Virus record (IMG/VR): IMGVR_UViG_3300027744_000013
Span: 1 to 64,000 of that record
Reading direction: 5' to 3' (one strand)
Source: a virus
Length of the DNA stretch: 64,000 bases
Shown piece by piece: positions 40,072 through 49,192 of the stretch (its first letter is position 1; each line of letters opens with the position of its first letter). The position numbers and the translations under genes were made by a program. Under the pieces are notes generated by a model that saw only the letters and a list, made by a program, of their open reading frames with translations, did no database searches and was not told where the DNA came from.

Positions 40072-40509
40072 ATGGCCTCAAAATTTGCCCGTGGTACGTT
40101 TACCATGACCCAGCCGGAAAAGTACGTAGGTACTAAGATGCCAACATATAGATCAAGTTGGGAATGGAGTTTCATGCGGTTTTGTGACACTAATAAAAGT
40201 GTGCAAAAGTGGGCAAGCGAAGCGGTTAATATCCCCTATCGTGACCCGTTAACTGGTAGACAAACCATATATGTGCCAGATTTCTTTATACAGTATGTGG
40301 ACAAAAATAATAAAATGAATGTTGAATTAATTGAAATTAAACCAGCTAGTCAGACTATCTTAGAACGTGTTGGTAAGAACAAATACAATCAAGCACAGTT
40401 TGTTAAGAATCAAGCCAAGTGGCAAGCCGCATCAATTTGGTGTAAACAGCAGGGTATAAAATTTAGAATTGTCAACGAAAATGATTTGTTTCATCAAGGC
40501 GGAGCATAA
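40072..40509 (+). CDS. gp4: Head completion protein (T4 gp4-like, TnsA-type nuclease fold)
   Basis: KY.G...YRSSWE..FM.FCD, W.SE...IPY, Y.PDF, IEIKP..QT, N.AKW.AA. Confidence 0.9.
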   Translation: MASKFARGTFTMTQPEKYVGTKMPTYRSSWEWSFMRFCDTNKSVQKWASEAVNIPYRDPLTGRQTIYVPDFFIQYVDKNNKMNVELIEIKPASQTILERVGKNKYNQAQFVKNQAKWQAASIWCKQQGIKFRIVNENDLFHQGGA

Positions 40510-40517
40510 GTAATATT

Positions 40518-41000
40518 ATGAAGAAACTTGAAGACCTATTAAACTTACCTGCTAGTAAAGATATTATTAAAGCAGAAGAAAAGAAAAAGCAAAAATCTGC
40601 TCCTCCCCAAGCATTCTTGCGAGATATGTCAGAATTTGACAAAATTAGTGCGGCTTTACCCGCAGTTAAGGGCCTAGGTGATGCTACTGACGCAGAGTTT
40701 GATTCTCTAGCTCAACGTGCTACTGACGCATATGATGATTTAATTGACCTAGGCATGAATGTAGAAGCACGTTATTCAGCACGTATTTTTGAAGTTGCTG
40801 GTACTATGCTTAAAAACGCAATTGACGCTAAATCAGCCAAAGTTGACAAGAAATTGAAGATGATTGAGCTACAGCTTAAGAAACAGAAGATGGACCACGA
40901 TATATCAGGCGGCGAAGATTCCGGTATTGATCTACAAGCAGACGGTTATATCGTTACAGATCGTAATAGTCTAATAGAAAAATTAAAGAATATGAAATAA
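40518..41000 (+). CDS. Probable terminase small subunit (gp16-like)
   Basis: Helical 160 aa; the ARIFEVAGTMLK motif resembles gp16 PRAYEV.GQL.K; upstream of the large terminase. Confidence 0.55.
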   Translation: MKKLEDLLNLPASKDIIKAEEKKKQKSAPPQAFLRDMSEFDKISAALPAVKGLGDATDAEFDSLAQRATDAYDDLIDLGMNVEARYSARIFEVAGTMLKNAIDAKSAKVDKKLKMIELQLKKQKMDHDISGGEDSGIDLQADGYIVTDRNSLIEKLKNMK

Positions 41001-41021
41001 ATACAATACTGGGATCAACAT

Positions 41022-41645
41022 ATGAAATCGTTTAAACACTACATTACAGAAAGCAAAAAGGTCTACGAATTTAAGATCAAAATTGCGGGCGACTGCCCAA
41101 AAGATTGCGCTAAGAAAATCAAAGAAGCATTAGATGTTTACAAAGTAGAATCATGTTCAAGCGGTAAGGGATTACCAATTGCTGAGAATTATGTAGATTT
41201 TCCAACTCTTAAAAATGTTGGAGTTACGGTGTTTGATGTAAAAGTAGCTTACCCAGCTAATGCATATCAAGTACGTACAGCAGTTATTGATCACTTAAAA
41301 AGAAGTGGAGATACAGTTAAAGTTCGTAACATGAAAGAAGAGGAAGAAGACACTCTTAATCACGAACACGATACAAAGTCAGGCGAGTCTTTATTAACAA
41401 AAGACTATGAAAAAAATGACGGGCAACAACTAGTTGGCAATACACAATCTATGTCGTTGTTAAAAGAATTAGGTAAACACAGAACTACAGGTACACCAGT
41501 TAAAGGTACTAATGATGCACTTTTAGCAAACACTGCACCTGTTGAGAAAAAGAACGGGCCAGCAAAAGCTGCCAAAGTTGATGTTAAAAGTCCTGTGGGA
41601 AACAAAAAAGTTAAACTAACACCTGTTAAAGTTAAAGGACAATAA
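41022..41645 (+). CDS. Hypothetical, probable internal head protein
   Basis: N-terminus MKSFKHYITE resembles the T4 capsid-targeting sequence MKTYQEFIAE. Confidence 0.55.
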   Translation: MKSFKHYITESKKVYEFKIKIAGDCPKDCAKKIKEALDVYKVESCSSGKGLPIAENYVDFPTLKNVGVTVFDVKVAYPANAYQVRTAVIDHLKRSGDTVKVRNMKEEEEDTLNHEHDTKSGESLLTKDYEKNDGQQLVGNTQSMSLLKELGKHRTTGTPVKGTNDALLANTAPVEKKNGPAKAAKVDVKSPVGNKKVKLTPVKVKGQ

Positions 41646-41646
41646 T

Positions 41647-42267
41647 ATGAATTTTCAAGACTTGCTAGCAAAAATGAAATCGATTGATGAGTCATCAGCC
41701 GAAGTACAAGACCTTCCAACTAGTGCAACTAGTTCTCCACCAACAGCACCGGACGGCTCTTTGCCCCCGGCAGGTGCCGAAACACCAACTGTAGAATGTG
41801 GTGATGATATGGAAAAAACAAACTCCCAATCTGATGTATTACTTGGTGAAAAAGATGTAGAAGAATGCGGATTACCTGGTATGTCTAGCATGCCATCGGG
41901 TATGATGGGTTCGCCTAAACAAAGCGATTCAGTAACAATGAATGTTAGTATGAATGGAAGTGGTGCTGGTGGAATCCGTGATCTAATGGATATTCTACGT
42001 AACTTAGATGGCGACCAGGATAGCAATGATGCAGGCGCTGACATTGTATTAGGTGTTGAAGAAGATGGTGCTGATGGTAATTTTACCAACGCAACCACCG
42101 AGCCGAACCCAACAACATATGATATGGATGCTGTATTACCAACTGGTGACGACATCCATAGTAAAGGCCGTGAGGCACTTAAAGTTAATGGTGGCGGCAA
42201 TCCCCTAGCAGAAACATTAATGGCTAGACTATCAGCACACTATCAGTCTATTAAAGAAAGACAATAA
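41647..42267 (+). CDS. Acidic low-complexity hypothetical, probable head/scaffold-associated protein
   Basis: 206 aa, D/E-rich, starts MNFQDLLAKMKSIDE. Confidence 0.55.
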   Translation: MNFQDLLAKMKSIDESSAEVQDLPTSATSSPPTAPDGSLPPAGAETPTVECGDDMEKTNSQSDVLLGEKDVEECGLPGMSSMPSGMMGSPKQSDSVTMNVSMNGSGAGGIRDLMDILRNLDGDQDSNDAGADIVLGVEEDGADGNFTNATTEPNPTTYDMDAVLPTGDDIHSKGREALKVNGGGNPLAETLMARLSAHYQSIKERQ

Positions 42268-42268
42268 T

Positions 42269-42670
42269 ATGACTACTGCCGCAGAACAATATCGTGCGTT
42301 AGTTGCTAGATTAGAAGCAATAAACCCATCGGAACCAGTTAACGAAGAAACGCCAGAGCCGGCTGGTTCTCCAACTCCAGCAGACGCACTTGCCCCAGCA
42401 GGCGCTGTAGCTGATGCTCAAGCGGCACCTGTAGATCCTAACAAATATAAACCTAACGATAACATTCCAGAGATCAAAGCCGGAACACTAGCTCAGGCAA
42501 AACAAATTGCGCTAAAACAGTTAGGGCCAGGAAAGAAATTTCGTTTCTGCATGACATACGGAACTAAACTAGGCCCAGCTAAACCTAACCAAGCTGGAAT
42601 GGAAAAACCCCAAGATAATTTTAGTAGATTTGGCGGCGCAAATGTAGTTAAACCTGCGGAGAAAAAATAA
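42269..42670 (+). CDS. Hypothetical protein
   Basis: N-terminus AEQYRALV..LE is shared with the next ORF. Confidence 0.6.
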   Translation: MTTAAEQYRALVARLEAINPSEPVNEETPEPAGSPTPADALAPAGAVADAQAAPVDPNKYKPNDNIPEIKAGTLAQAKQIALKQLGPGKKFRFCMTYGTKLGPAKPNQAGMEKPQDNFSRFGGANVVKPAEKK

Positions 42671-43509
42671 TGAACGCAGAACAATATCGCGCACTAGTTA
42701 ATAAACTAGAAAGCATACAACAACTTAACGAATTAGCCTACGGCCAAGAAGACCCTAACAATCCAGGTTTTATGTGGGTTCCAGCTGATGGTACTACTCC
42801 GCTTGGAGACGGTAGCAAACAAATGATTCGATCAGGATCTGGCGGATATTGGAATGCTAAAAAAGTTCCAATTGTAAAACCAGAAGTTGCACCGGCAGTC
42901 GTCGCCCCCGCAGTTGTAGAACCAGAAAAAGTAGCCGAACCACCCGCAGTTGTAGAACCAGAAAAAGTAGCCGAACCACCCGCAGTTGTAGAACCAGAAA
43001 AAGTAGCAGAAAAGGAGCCAGAAGTTTTTCAACCACAAATTGCTCCTACTAAGAAACTGCCATGTGATCCCGATACACTAGCTAAAATTAAATACATGCC
43101 TAGTTTCAATAAAGCATTTGCGGCCGCTCGTGCTGCCGGATGTGAAAAGTTTGACTGGTGCGGAGTATACACTACACAAGTAGAACAAGCTGGTATGGAT
43201 ACTATCCCAGCGGCTGTGGGTAACCCAACAATTTATGCCCAAGGTATTAATATGGCAGTGAATAGAGCAAAACTTAAAGGCGTTCTTGCCCAAAGCGGCC
43301 CTTACACACAGAAAGATGTTGCTAAGGTTGTAAAAGGATTGCAAGACGGCACAATTGGATACCAATTAGATCCAAAATCACACAGTACAAGTGAAATTGA
43401 AACTTTTACTAGAATGCTACGTGACCAGTTACTCAAAGGTGATAAACGTGCAAGCGGCGACTTTAAAACACCACTTGATCAACGAACATTCCCAGCACCA
43501 AAGAAATAA
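42670..43509 (+). CDS. Hypothetical protein with PAVVEPEKVAEP repeats
   Basis: Starts MNAEQYRALVNKLE; contains SFNKAFAAARAAG...FDW.G.YTT. Confidence 0.6.
   Translation: MNAEQYRALVNKLESIQQLNELAYGQEDPNNPGFMWVPADGTTPLGDGSKQMIRSGSGGYWNAKKVPIVKPEVAPAVVAPAVVEPEKVAEPPAVVEPEKVAEPPAVVEPEKVAEKEPEVFQPQIAPTKKLPCDPDTLAKIKYMPSFNKAFAAARAAGCEKFDWCGVYTTQVEQAGMDTIPAAVGNPTIYAQGINMAVNRAKLKGVLAQSGPYTQKDVAKVVKGLQDGTIGYQLDPKSHSTSEIETFTRMLRDQLLKGDKRASGDFKTPLDQRTFPAPKK
42907..43007 (+). repeat. 36-bp coding tandem repeat, about 2.8 copies
   Basis: Unit CCCGCAGTTGTAGAACCAGAAAAAGTAGCCGAACCA. Confidence 0.9.
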
Positions 43510-43527
43510 GATTTCGTCAGCAGTATC

Positions 43528-43555
43528 AAAAAGGGCTCTTCGGAGCCCTTTTTTT
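43528..43555 (+). terminator. Intrinsic terminator with a cUUCGg tetraloop
   Basis: AAAAAGGGCTC-TTCG-GAGCCCTTTTTTT. Confidence 0.9.
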
Positions 43556-43556
43556 G

Positions 43557-43564
43557 TGTAAATA
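43557..43564 (+). promoter_or_regulatory. Late promoter-like element (TGTAAATA), 5 nt before the terminase ATG
   Basis: Immediately after the terminator; no Shine-Dalgarno between it and the ATG. Confidence 0.6.
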
Positions 43565-43569
43565 AAGTT

Positions 43570-45162
43570 ATGGCAAAATCATTAGAAGGCGTCTTAGTAA
43601 AAAAAGCGCATACAAAAGAAAAGTTTAACGAAGAGCAAATAACAGACTTGTTAAAGTGTTCCGATCCTACCAACGGATACTTATACTTTTCTCAAAACTT
43701 TTTCTATATTCAGCATCCTGTAAGAGGAAAGTTGTTATTTCAACCGTATGAATATCAGGAAGGGTTATTATCAAGTTACCACGATTTTAGATTCAACATA
43801 AACATGTTGCCACGACAAAGTGGTAAGACAACATGTGCATCAGCATACTTGTTATGGTTTGCCATGTTCCATCCGGACCAAACTATTCTAGTTGCCGCGC
43901 ACAAATATACAGGCGCACAAGAAATTATGGCACGTATCCGTTATGGATATGAATTATGCCCTGACCACATTCGATGTGGTGTGACGAGCTATAACAAAGG
44001 CTCAATGGAGTTTGACAATGGATCACGTATTGTTTCTGCTACCACTACTGGTAACACTGGTCGTGGTATGTCCATATCACTTCTTTATTGCGATGAGTTT
44101 GCATTTGTGCAACCTAATATTGCTGAAGAATTTTGGACGTCAATATCACCAACACTAGCAACTGGCGGTAGGGCAATTTTAACTTCAACACCTAACAGTG
44201 ACGAAGATACGTTTGCTATTATTTGGAAAGAGTCACAAGATAAATTTGACACACACGGAAACGAGCGTACTGATGATTTAGGACGCAATGGGTTTCACGG
44301 ATTCCGTGCAGAATGGAATGAACATCCAGATCGTGACGAAGCATGGAAAGCTGTTGAAATGGGACGTATTGGCGAGGAACGTTTCCGTCGAGAATATGGG
44401 TGCGAGTTTTTAATCTATGACGAAACATTAATTAGCTCGCTTAAACTAACAGACATGCTAGGCAAAGAACCTGCCTTTAAGATGGGACAAGTACGCTGGT
44501 ATAAAAAGCCAACGCCAGGCAACACTTACCTTGTGGGATTAGATCCTAGTTTAGGTACAGGTGGAGATTATGCAGGTATTCAAGTATTTGAATTGCCCAG
44601 TATGATACAATGTGCAGAGTGGCAACACAATCTAACTATTATACAAGATCAAGTTAGGATTTTTCGAGATGTTGTAAAGTATATACAAGAAGAGATCGGA
44701 CACGAATACAGTAATAACATTTATTGGTCAGTAGAAAATAACACCCTAGGAGAAGCCGCCCTAGTAGTTATTGCTAACTTAGGCGAAGAAACATTCCCCG
44801 GATTGTTCTTAAGTGAGCCAGTACGCAAAGGGCATGTGCGCAAGTTCCGCAAAGGATTTAACACTACACACGGTAATAAGATTTCAGCTTGTAGTAGATT
44901 AAAGTATTTTATTGAAGAAAACAGGATGATTGTACACAGTAAGATGCTAATAAGTGAACTTAAAACATTTATTGCCGCGGGTGTAACCTTTAAAGCTAAA
45001 GAAGGACAACACGACGATTTAGTTAGTGCGCTATTGCTAATAGTGCGTATGACTGTAATTTTAGCAGATTGGGATCCAGCTGTATTTGATAAACTCAGTA
45101 TAGAAGGCCAATTAGACGATGATTGGGAAGCTCCGCTACCAATATTCATTTCCAGTAATTAG
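43570..45162 (+). CDS. gp17: Terminase large subunit
   Basis: PRQSGKTT (Walker A), LLYCDEFAFV (Walker B), STPN, F.REY.CEF, D...G.GGDY, HDDLV. Confidence 0.97.
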   Translation: MAKSLEGVLVKKAHTKEKFNEEQITDLLKCSDPTNGYLYFSQNFFYIQHPVRGKLLFQPYEYQEGLLSSYHDFRFNINMLPRQSGKTTCASAYLLWFAMFHPDQTILVAAHKYTGAQEIMARIRYGYELCPDHIRCGVTSYNKGSMEFDNGSRIVSATTTGNTGRGMSISLLYCDEFAFVQPNIAEEFWTSISPTLATGGRAILTSTPNSDEDTFAIIWKESQDKFDTHGNERTDDLGRNGFHGFRAEWNEHPDRDEAWKAVEMGRIGEERFRREYGCEFLIYDETLISSLKLTDMLGKEPAFKMGQVRWYKKPTPGNTYLVGLDPSLGTGGDYAGIQVFELPSMIQCAEWQHNLTIIQDQVRIFRDVVKYIQEEIGHEYSNNIYWSVENNTLGEAALVVIANLGEETFPGLFLSEPVRKGHVRKFRKGFNTTHGNKISACSRLKYFIEENRMIVHSKMLISELKTFIAAGVTFKAKEGQHDDLVSALLLIVRMTVILADWDPAVFDKLSIEGQLDDDWEAPLPIFISSN

Positions 45163-45175
45163 TGATAAATACAAC

Positions 45176-47437
45176 ATGAATGCAAATTTAGATAAGATTG
45201 CCCAAGACCTTTACGGTAAAATACAAACACGCTTCCCTAATATCCAAATGGGGGACGAAAACGCCGGTGTACTAAGCAAAAAGGAAGATATTCCTAATGC
45301 TCGATTCTTTGAGTTTGAATACGAAGAAAACGGCGAATCATTAGGCACTATTGCTATTACCCTTGATGCCCAAGACGGGATTGTGCTACAAGTTAGCGGC
45401 GATTTAGTCAACGATAACAGCAACACAACGCACCACAGTGCGTACAAGTTTATCCGCGGTTTTAGATCATTTGCAAAAGACAGATTATTAAACTTCGATG
45501 TGCAAAACATCGGTAAGAGCAACTTAGACAAACGAGACTACGAGTTTCAGGCCAAACGTAAGGAAAATGCCATGCCCGCAATTATGGAAAACAAGATGTA
45601 CGGTAATGCCCGTATGAGTTATCAAGATTTAGGCGAAAATGCTAGACTAGTTGTCAAGCACACACAGCCAATCAATATGGAACTTGCCGCCGGACGTACA
45701 ATGCACATTGATAGCATTTACATCGAAAACGCACAAGGCGAACGATTCCGTTACCCAGCAAAGCATTTAAATGGTGCTCGTGCATTAGCAGAGCATATCA
45801 AAGCAGGCGGCAATCCATACGATCCAATTGGCAAACACATTTGCAGTCTAAGTGAAGAACTAGCAAGCCTACGCAAGTTCAAAGGTTATGTTAACCGCCA
45901 AGAACAAGTTAGTGAAGCAATGGGCAGTGTTACTGATCGTGTTCTAGAACGCATTGAACAAATTAAAGAAACTATCCACAAGTTACAACGTCCAGCATAT
46001 TATCAATCATTTGTAGAAACATTTGAAGCTCAAGAAGAACAAATGATTCCTGAAGAAATTGCAAATGACCTAATTGACCGTTTGACAATCCGCACATTTA
46101 ACGAAGAATTAAAAGCAGTATTCCCGTACATTTATAAGTTTGTTGACGAGTCACAATTAGATGTATTAGAAATTGGTGTTGACGAATTACTAAGCGATGC
46201 ATACAATCCTAACTCAGTAGATGCTGAACATCGTCGTAGTTTAGAAAAATCGCAGGAAGACAGCTTAAAGAAAAAAGCAGAGGACGGGGATGAGTCAGCT
46301 AAGAAGCGGTTGCAAGCATTAAAAGATAAAAAAGAACGTATGCGTAACGATTACAACGATCGTATGGAGCGCGAATCCATAGATCCTGAACTAGCATACG
46401 AAAACTTCATGAATGATATCGTCCGTGAAGATAAAGACGAACTGTTTAGTCCTAATAAGTCAGCTCAACAAACAGCTATCAAACAATTAAACGATATTTT
46501 ATCACAACCGTTAATGGGCGGCCCACAAGGCATCAATGCTATACAAAGCCTTAAAGGATTAATTGATGATCCTGAATTTTTACAATCGTTGCAAGACATT
46601 GATCCAGAGTTAGATATACGTCCATTAGTACAACAGTTTATTTTACAAAAAGACCCAGAACTATCAATGCGATTAAACTTCAGTGGTGAAGATAATGAAG
46701 CACCTGCTCCAGCAGCACCTGCTCCGTTAGCGCCTGCTCCAGAAGCACCACCAGCGCCTGCTCCAGAAGCACCACCGGCTGAAGCACCACCAGCTGAAGC
46801 ACCACCCCCAGCTCCAGTAGCTGAAGCTACAGATGATAGTCCTCCATGGGATGTAGATCCTAAAGAGAAAAAGTCTAAACCAACAACACCGGGCAAGCAC
46901 GGTCAGGGTTACAGCCAAGCACGTCACCTAGCACGTCAAGGTATGGCAGATGCTATGAAGAAAGCGGTCAAAGCTGGTGCAAAATTAGAAACTCAATTAG
47001 ACTTTGGTCATGGTGTTAAAACTATCCAAGAAATTCTAAGCGATTGCGGAATGAGTCCTCAAGATGTTGGTATGGAAATGCCCGTTGAAGGCGGATTGCC
47101 AGCAATGCTAAAATTTATCAGCGGCTTTTATAACAAAGACGAAGGTAACTTTCCATTAGGCGGTATGCGCATTAAAATTAAAGTTAAAAAAGGTTTTGAA
47201 GATGGTGAGTTTGGCGAAGCTAGCGATGATGACTTGATCAAAGTATTAAAGTTCATTGACATGAAAGATCCAAGCGACGAAGCAGATCATCATGAACAAC
47301 AACATGTCTTAAAGTTAGCAGGTGTTAGTCCACAACCACAAATGCATGAGCCAGAAGCACACGTTAGTCCTATTAGCGGACACTCTGATGCACATGCCGA
47401 TAGTCTAGCTAGAATCATGCAGTTGGTAAGTAGATAA
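45176..47437 (+). CDS. Large hypothetical protein (753 aa), probably head-associated
   Basis: GATAAATA at 45164-45171 lies 4 nt before the ATG at 45176; acidic, with a Pro/Ala linker and C-terminal LARIMQL. Confidence 0.7.
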   Translation: MNANLDKIAQDLYGKIQTRFPNIQMGDENAGVLSKKEDIPNARFFEFEYEENGESLGTIAITLDAQDGIVLQVSGDLVNDNSNTTHHSAYKFIRGFRSFAKDRLLNFDVQNIGKSNLDKRDYEFQAKRKENAMPAIMENKMYGNARMSYQDLGENARLVVKHTQPINMELAAGRTMHIDSIYIENAQGERFRYPAKHLNGARALAEHIKAGGNPYDPIGKHICSLSEELASLRKFKGYVNRQEQVSEAMGSVTDRVLERIEQIKETIHKLQRPAYYQSFVETFEAQEEQMIPEEIANDLIDRLTIRTFNEELKAVFPYIYKFVDESQLDVLEIGVDELLSDAYNPNSVDAEHRRSLEKSQEDSLKKKAEDGDESAKKRLQALKDKKERMRNDYNDRMERESIDPELAYENFMNDIVREDKDELFSPNKSAQQTAIKQLNDILSQPLMGGPQGINAIQSLKGLIDDPEFLQSLQDIDPELDIRPLVQQFILQKDPELSMRLNFSGEDNEAPAPAAPAPLAPAPEAPPAPAPEAPPAEAPPAEAPPPAPVAEATDDSPPWDVDPKEKKSKPTTPGKHGQGYSQARHLARQGMADAMKKAVKAGAKLETQLDFGHGVKTIQEILSDCGMSPQDVGMEMPVEGGLPAMLKFISGFYNKDEGNFPLGGMRIKIKVKKGFEDGEFGEASDDDLIKVLKFIDMKDPSDEADHHEQQHVLKLAGVSPQPQMHEPEAHVSPISGHSDAHADSLARIMQLVSR
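46698..46825 (+). repeat. Imperfect Pro/Ala/Glu coding repeats (APAPEAPP)
   Basis: GCGCCTGCTCCAGAAGCACCACC occurs twice, plus GCTGAAGCACCACC units. Confidence 0.7.
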
Positions 47438-47439
47438 TC

Positions 47440-48681
47440 ATGAGCACACCCAACATACTACGCCGTTACATGGACATACTGGCAGAAAGAGTCACAATGA
47501 ATCCAGATGGTACTACGTCTGGTGGGTTTAAGCCCAACCCAGTAGATCCCAACGCACCTGTGGATCCCAGACATCAAGCCATGCAACAAGCCAAGGATCA
47601 AGCGGATCAAGCATATAATGCATGGGTTGTAACTCGCCCCAAAACAGCAGATGGACGCCTTATGCCAGCCAACTTGAATCCTGCCGCAGTTGAACGGGTG
47701 TTGGCTGGAGAAGATCCCAACACAGTTATCAAGGGTCGTAGCCAGCTGGGAGCATTTGGCACTGACCCCTCACAGTACAAAACATTGGCACAGCAGTATC
47801 TAGCATGGTTGGCCAAACAGCCCGCTAAGTTTGATAATATGGATCCCAAGTGGGATTCTCCACCTCCGGCAGCGGCAGCACCTGCTCCCGCCGGAGCAAT
47901 TAATATCAATGTGCAAGGTACTCAGCAGGCCGCTAAACTTAAAGCATATAACGATGCCAAGGCTGCTGGTGCAACAGAAGAACAAGCACAAAACGCAGAA
48001 GCAGCCGCAGGAAATCTTGCTGGTGCTGAAGCACTAAGTAAAGTTGATATAAACGATCCGTCTACATACGTTAATAATCCTAGATCTAACACCGGCCCAA
48101 GTTCTGAAGCAGAACGTCAACAATGGATACAAGATCCTACAAAGACTGCTACAGCAACGGCGCCTGCGGCGGCACCTGCCAAAGCTCCGTACAAGGGCAG
48201 TGCAGGCGCCCAAGAAATTCAAAAGTTAAATCCAGCGATTATAGATGTTAATCGAATACAAGTTGGACAAAAACTTAAGATGCCCAACGGTCAACCAGAT
48301 TATATTGTTAAGCCGGGTGATACATTAGATAGAATTGCCAAAGGTGTAAAACCAGCTCAAGGTGCGATGTCTGCAAATGTAGCACCAGCCGGGCAACCAG
48401 CCGCAACTGCCGCTAATCCCGCATTAGGTACTATAAAAGGCGCAACCCAGGCAATCCCAACAGTAGCACCGCCAGCAGGTAATCCAAGCGGAGTAGGAAA
48501 GAATGCAACATATACGACAGATGAAATTGCGGCGGCCCGCGAAGCATTAAAGGATCCAAAACTCGGCGCAAGGGACAGGGCATTTTATACTGGTATGTTA
48601 GCAAACCAACCAAAAGCAGTTAAAGAAAATACCGGATACGACGAAGTTGAGCGTATTGTGAGTTTGGTACATTACAGATAA
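47440..48681 (+). CDS. Pro/Ala-rich protein with a permuted LysM domain
   Basis: LNP.I.D.N.I.VGQKL..P followed by Y.VKPGDTL..IA. Confidence 0.75.
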   Translation: MSTPNILRRYMDILAERVTMNPDGTTSGGFKPNPVDPNAPVDPRHQAMQQAKDQADQAYNAWVVTRPKTADGRLMPANLNPAAVERVLAGEDPNTVIKGRSQLGAFGTDPSQYKTLAQQYLAWLAKQPAKFDNMDPKWDSPPPAAAAPAPAGAININVQGTQQAAKLKAYNDAKAAGATEEQAQNAEAAAGNLAGAEALSKVDINDPSTYVNNPRSNTGPSSEAERQQWIQDPTKTATATAPAAAPAKAPYKGSAGAQEIQKLNPAIIDVNRIQVGQKLKMPNGQPDYIVKPGDTLDRIAKGVKPAQGAMSANVAPAGQPAATAANPALGTIKGATQAIPTVAPPAGNPSGVGKNATYTTDEIAAAREALKDPKLGARDRAFYTGMLANQPKAVKENTGYDEVERIVSLVHYR

Positions 48682-48690
48682 AGAAATATT

Positions 48691-49038
48691 ATGAAAACTC
48701 TTCGCGATTATATAAATCTAATAGAGGATGCCCAAGCGCCAGTTCAAGCACCTGCAGATCCAAATAAACTGCTGGTGTTTATTAATTTTGCCAGCGGTCA
48801 GGGCAACAAACAGTATGATTTAACAAGCATCATGCAAAAAAATGGTTGGGTTGGAACTCCTGCGCAAGTTATTAATCAAGCTGAAAAATGGTTAAGTGAT
48901 TTTTTAAGACAACGCGGCGATCAGTGGACTGGTGCAAACTGGTCTTATAAAGGCCAATTATTGAGAGCAAGCCAAGTTGGTGATGCTGGCGCCGCTGACG
49001 AGTGGGCCGATGAAATTAAAAACTCATTTAAGAAATAA
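48691..49038 (+). CDS. Hypothetical, probable internal head protein
   Basis: Capsid-targeting-like N-terminus MKTLRDYINLIE. Confidence 0.55.
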   Translation: MKTLRDYINLIEDAQAPVQAPADPNKLLVFINFASGQGNKQYDLTSIMQKNGWVGTPAQVINQAEKWLSDFLRQRGDQWTGANWSYKGQLLRASQVGDAGAADEWADEIKNSFKK

Positions 49039-49074
49039 TTGAGTAAAATACTCATATTTAAAGCAAGATTTCTC

Positions 49075-49103
49075 TTGCTTTACTAAATAAAAGTGCGTAT
49101 ACT
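49075..49103 (+). promoter_or_regulatory. Sigma70-like promoter with an embedded late element, upstream of gp32
   Basis: TTGCTT-N17-TATACT with ACTAAATA inside the spacer. Confidence 0.7.
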
Positions 49104-49192
49104 ATGTATATGCACTTTTTACTTTAAGGTAGATCCGTAAAGTAAACAAAGGCAAATGAAGTAAACAAAGGCTTATATAAAGGAGAACTACT

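Noticed and set aside
42907-43007. 36-bp repeats as a CRISPR array
   Set aside because: The repeats are contiguous, in-frame and coding, with no spacers and no cas genes.
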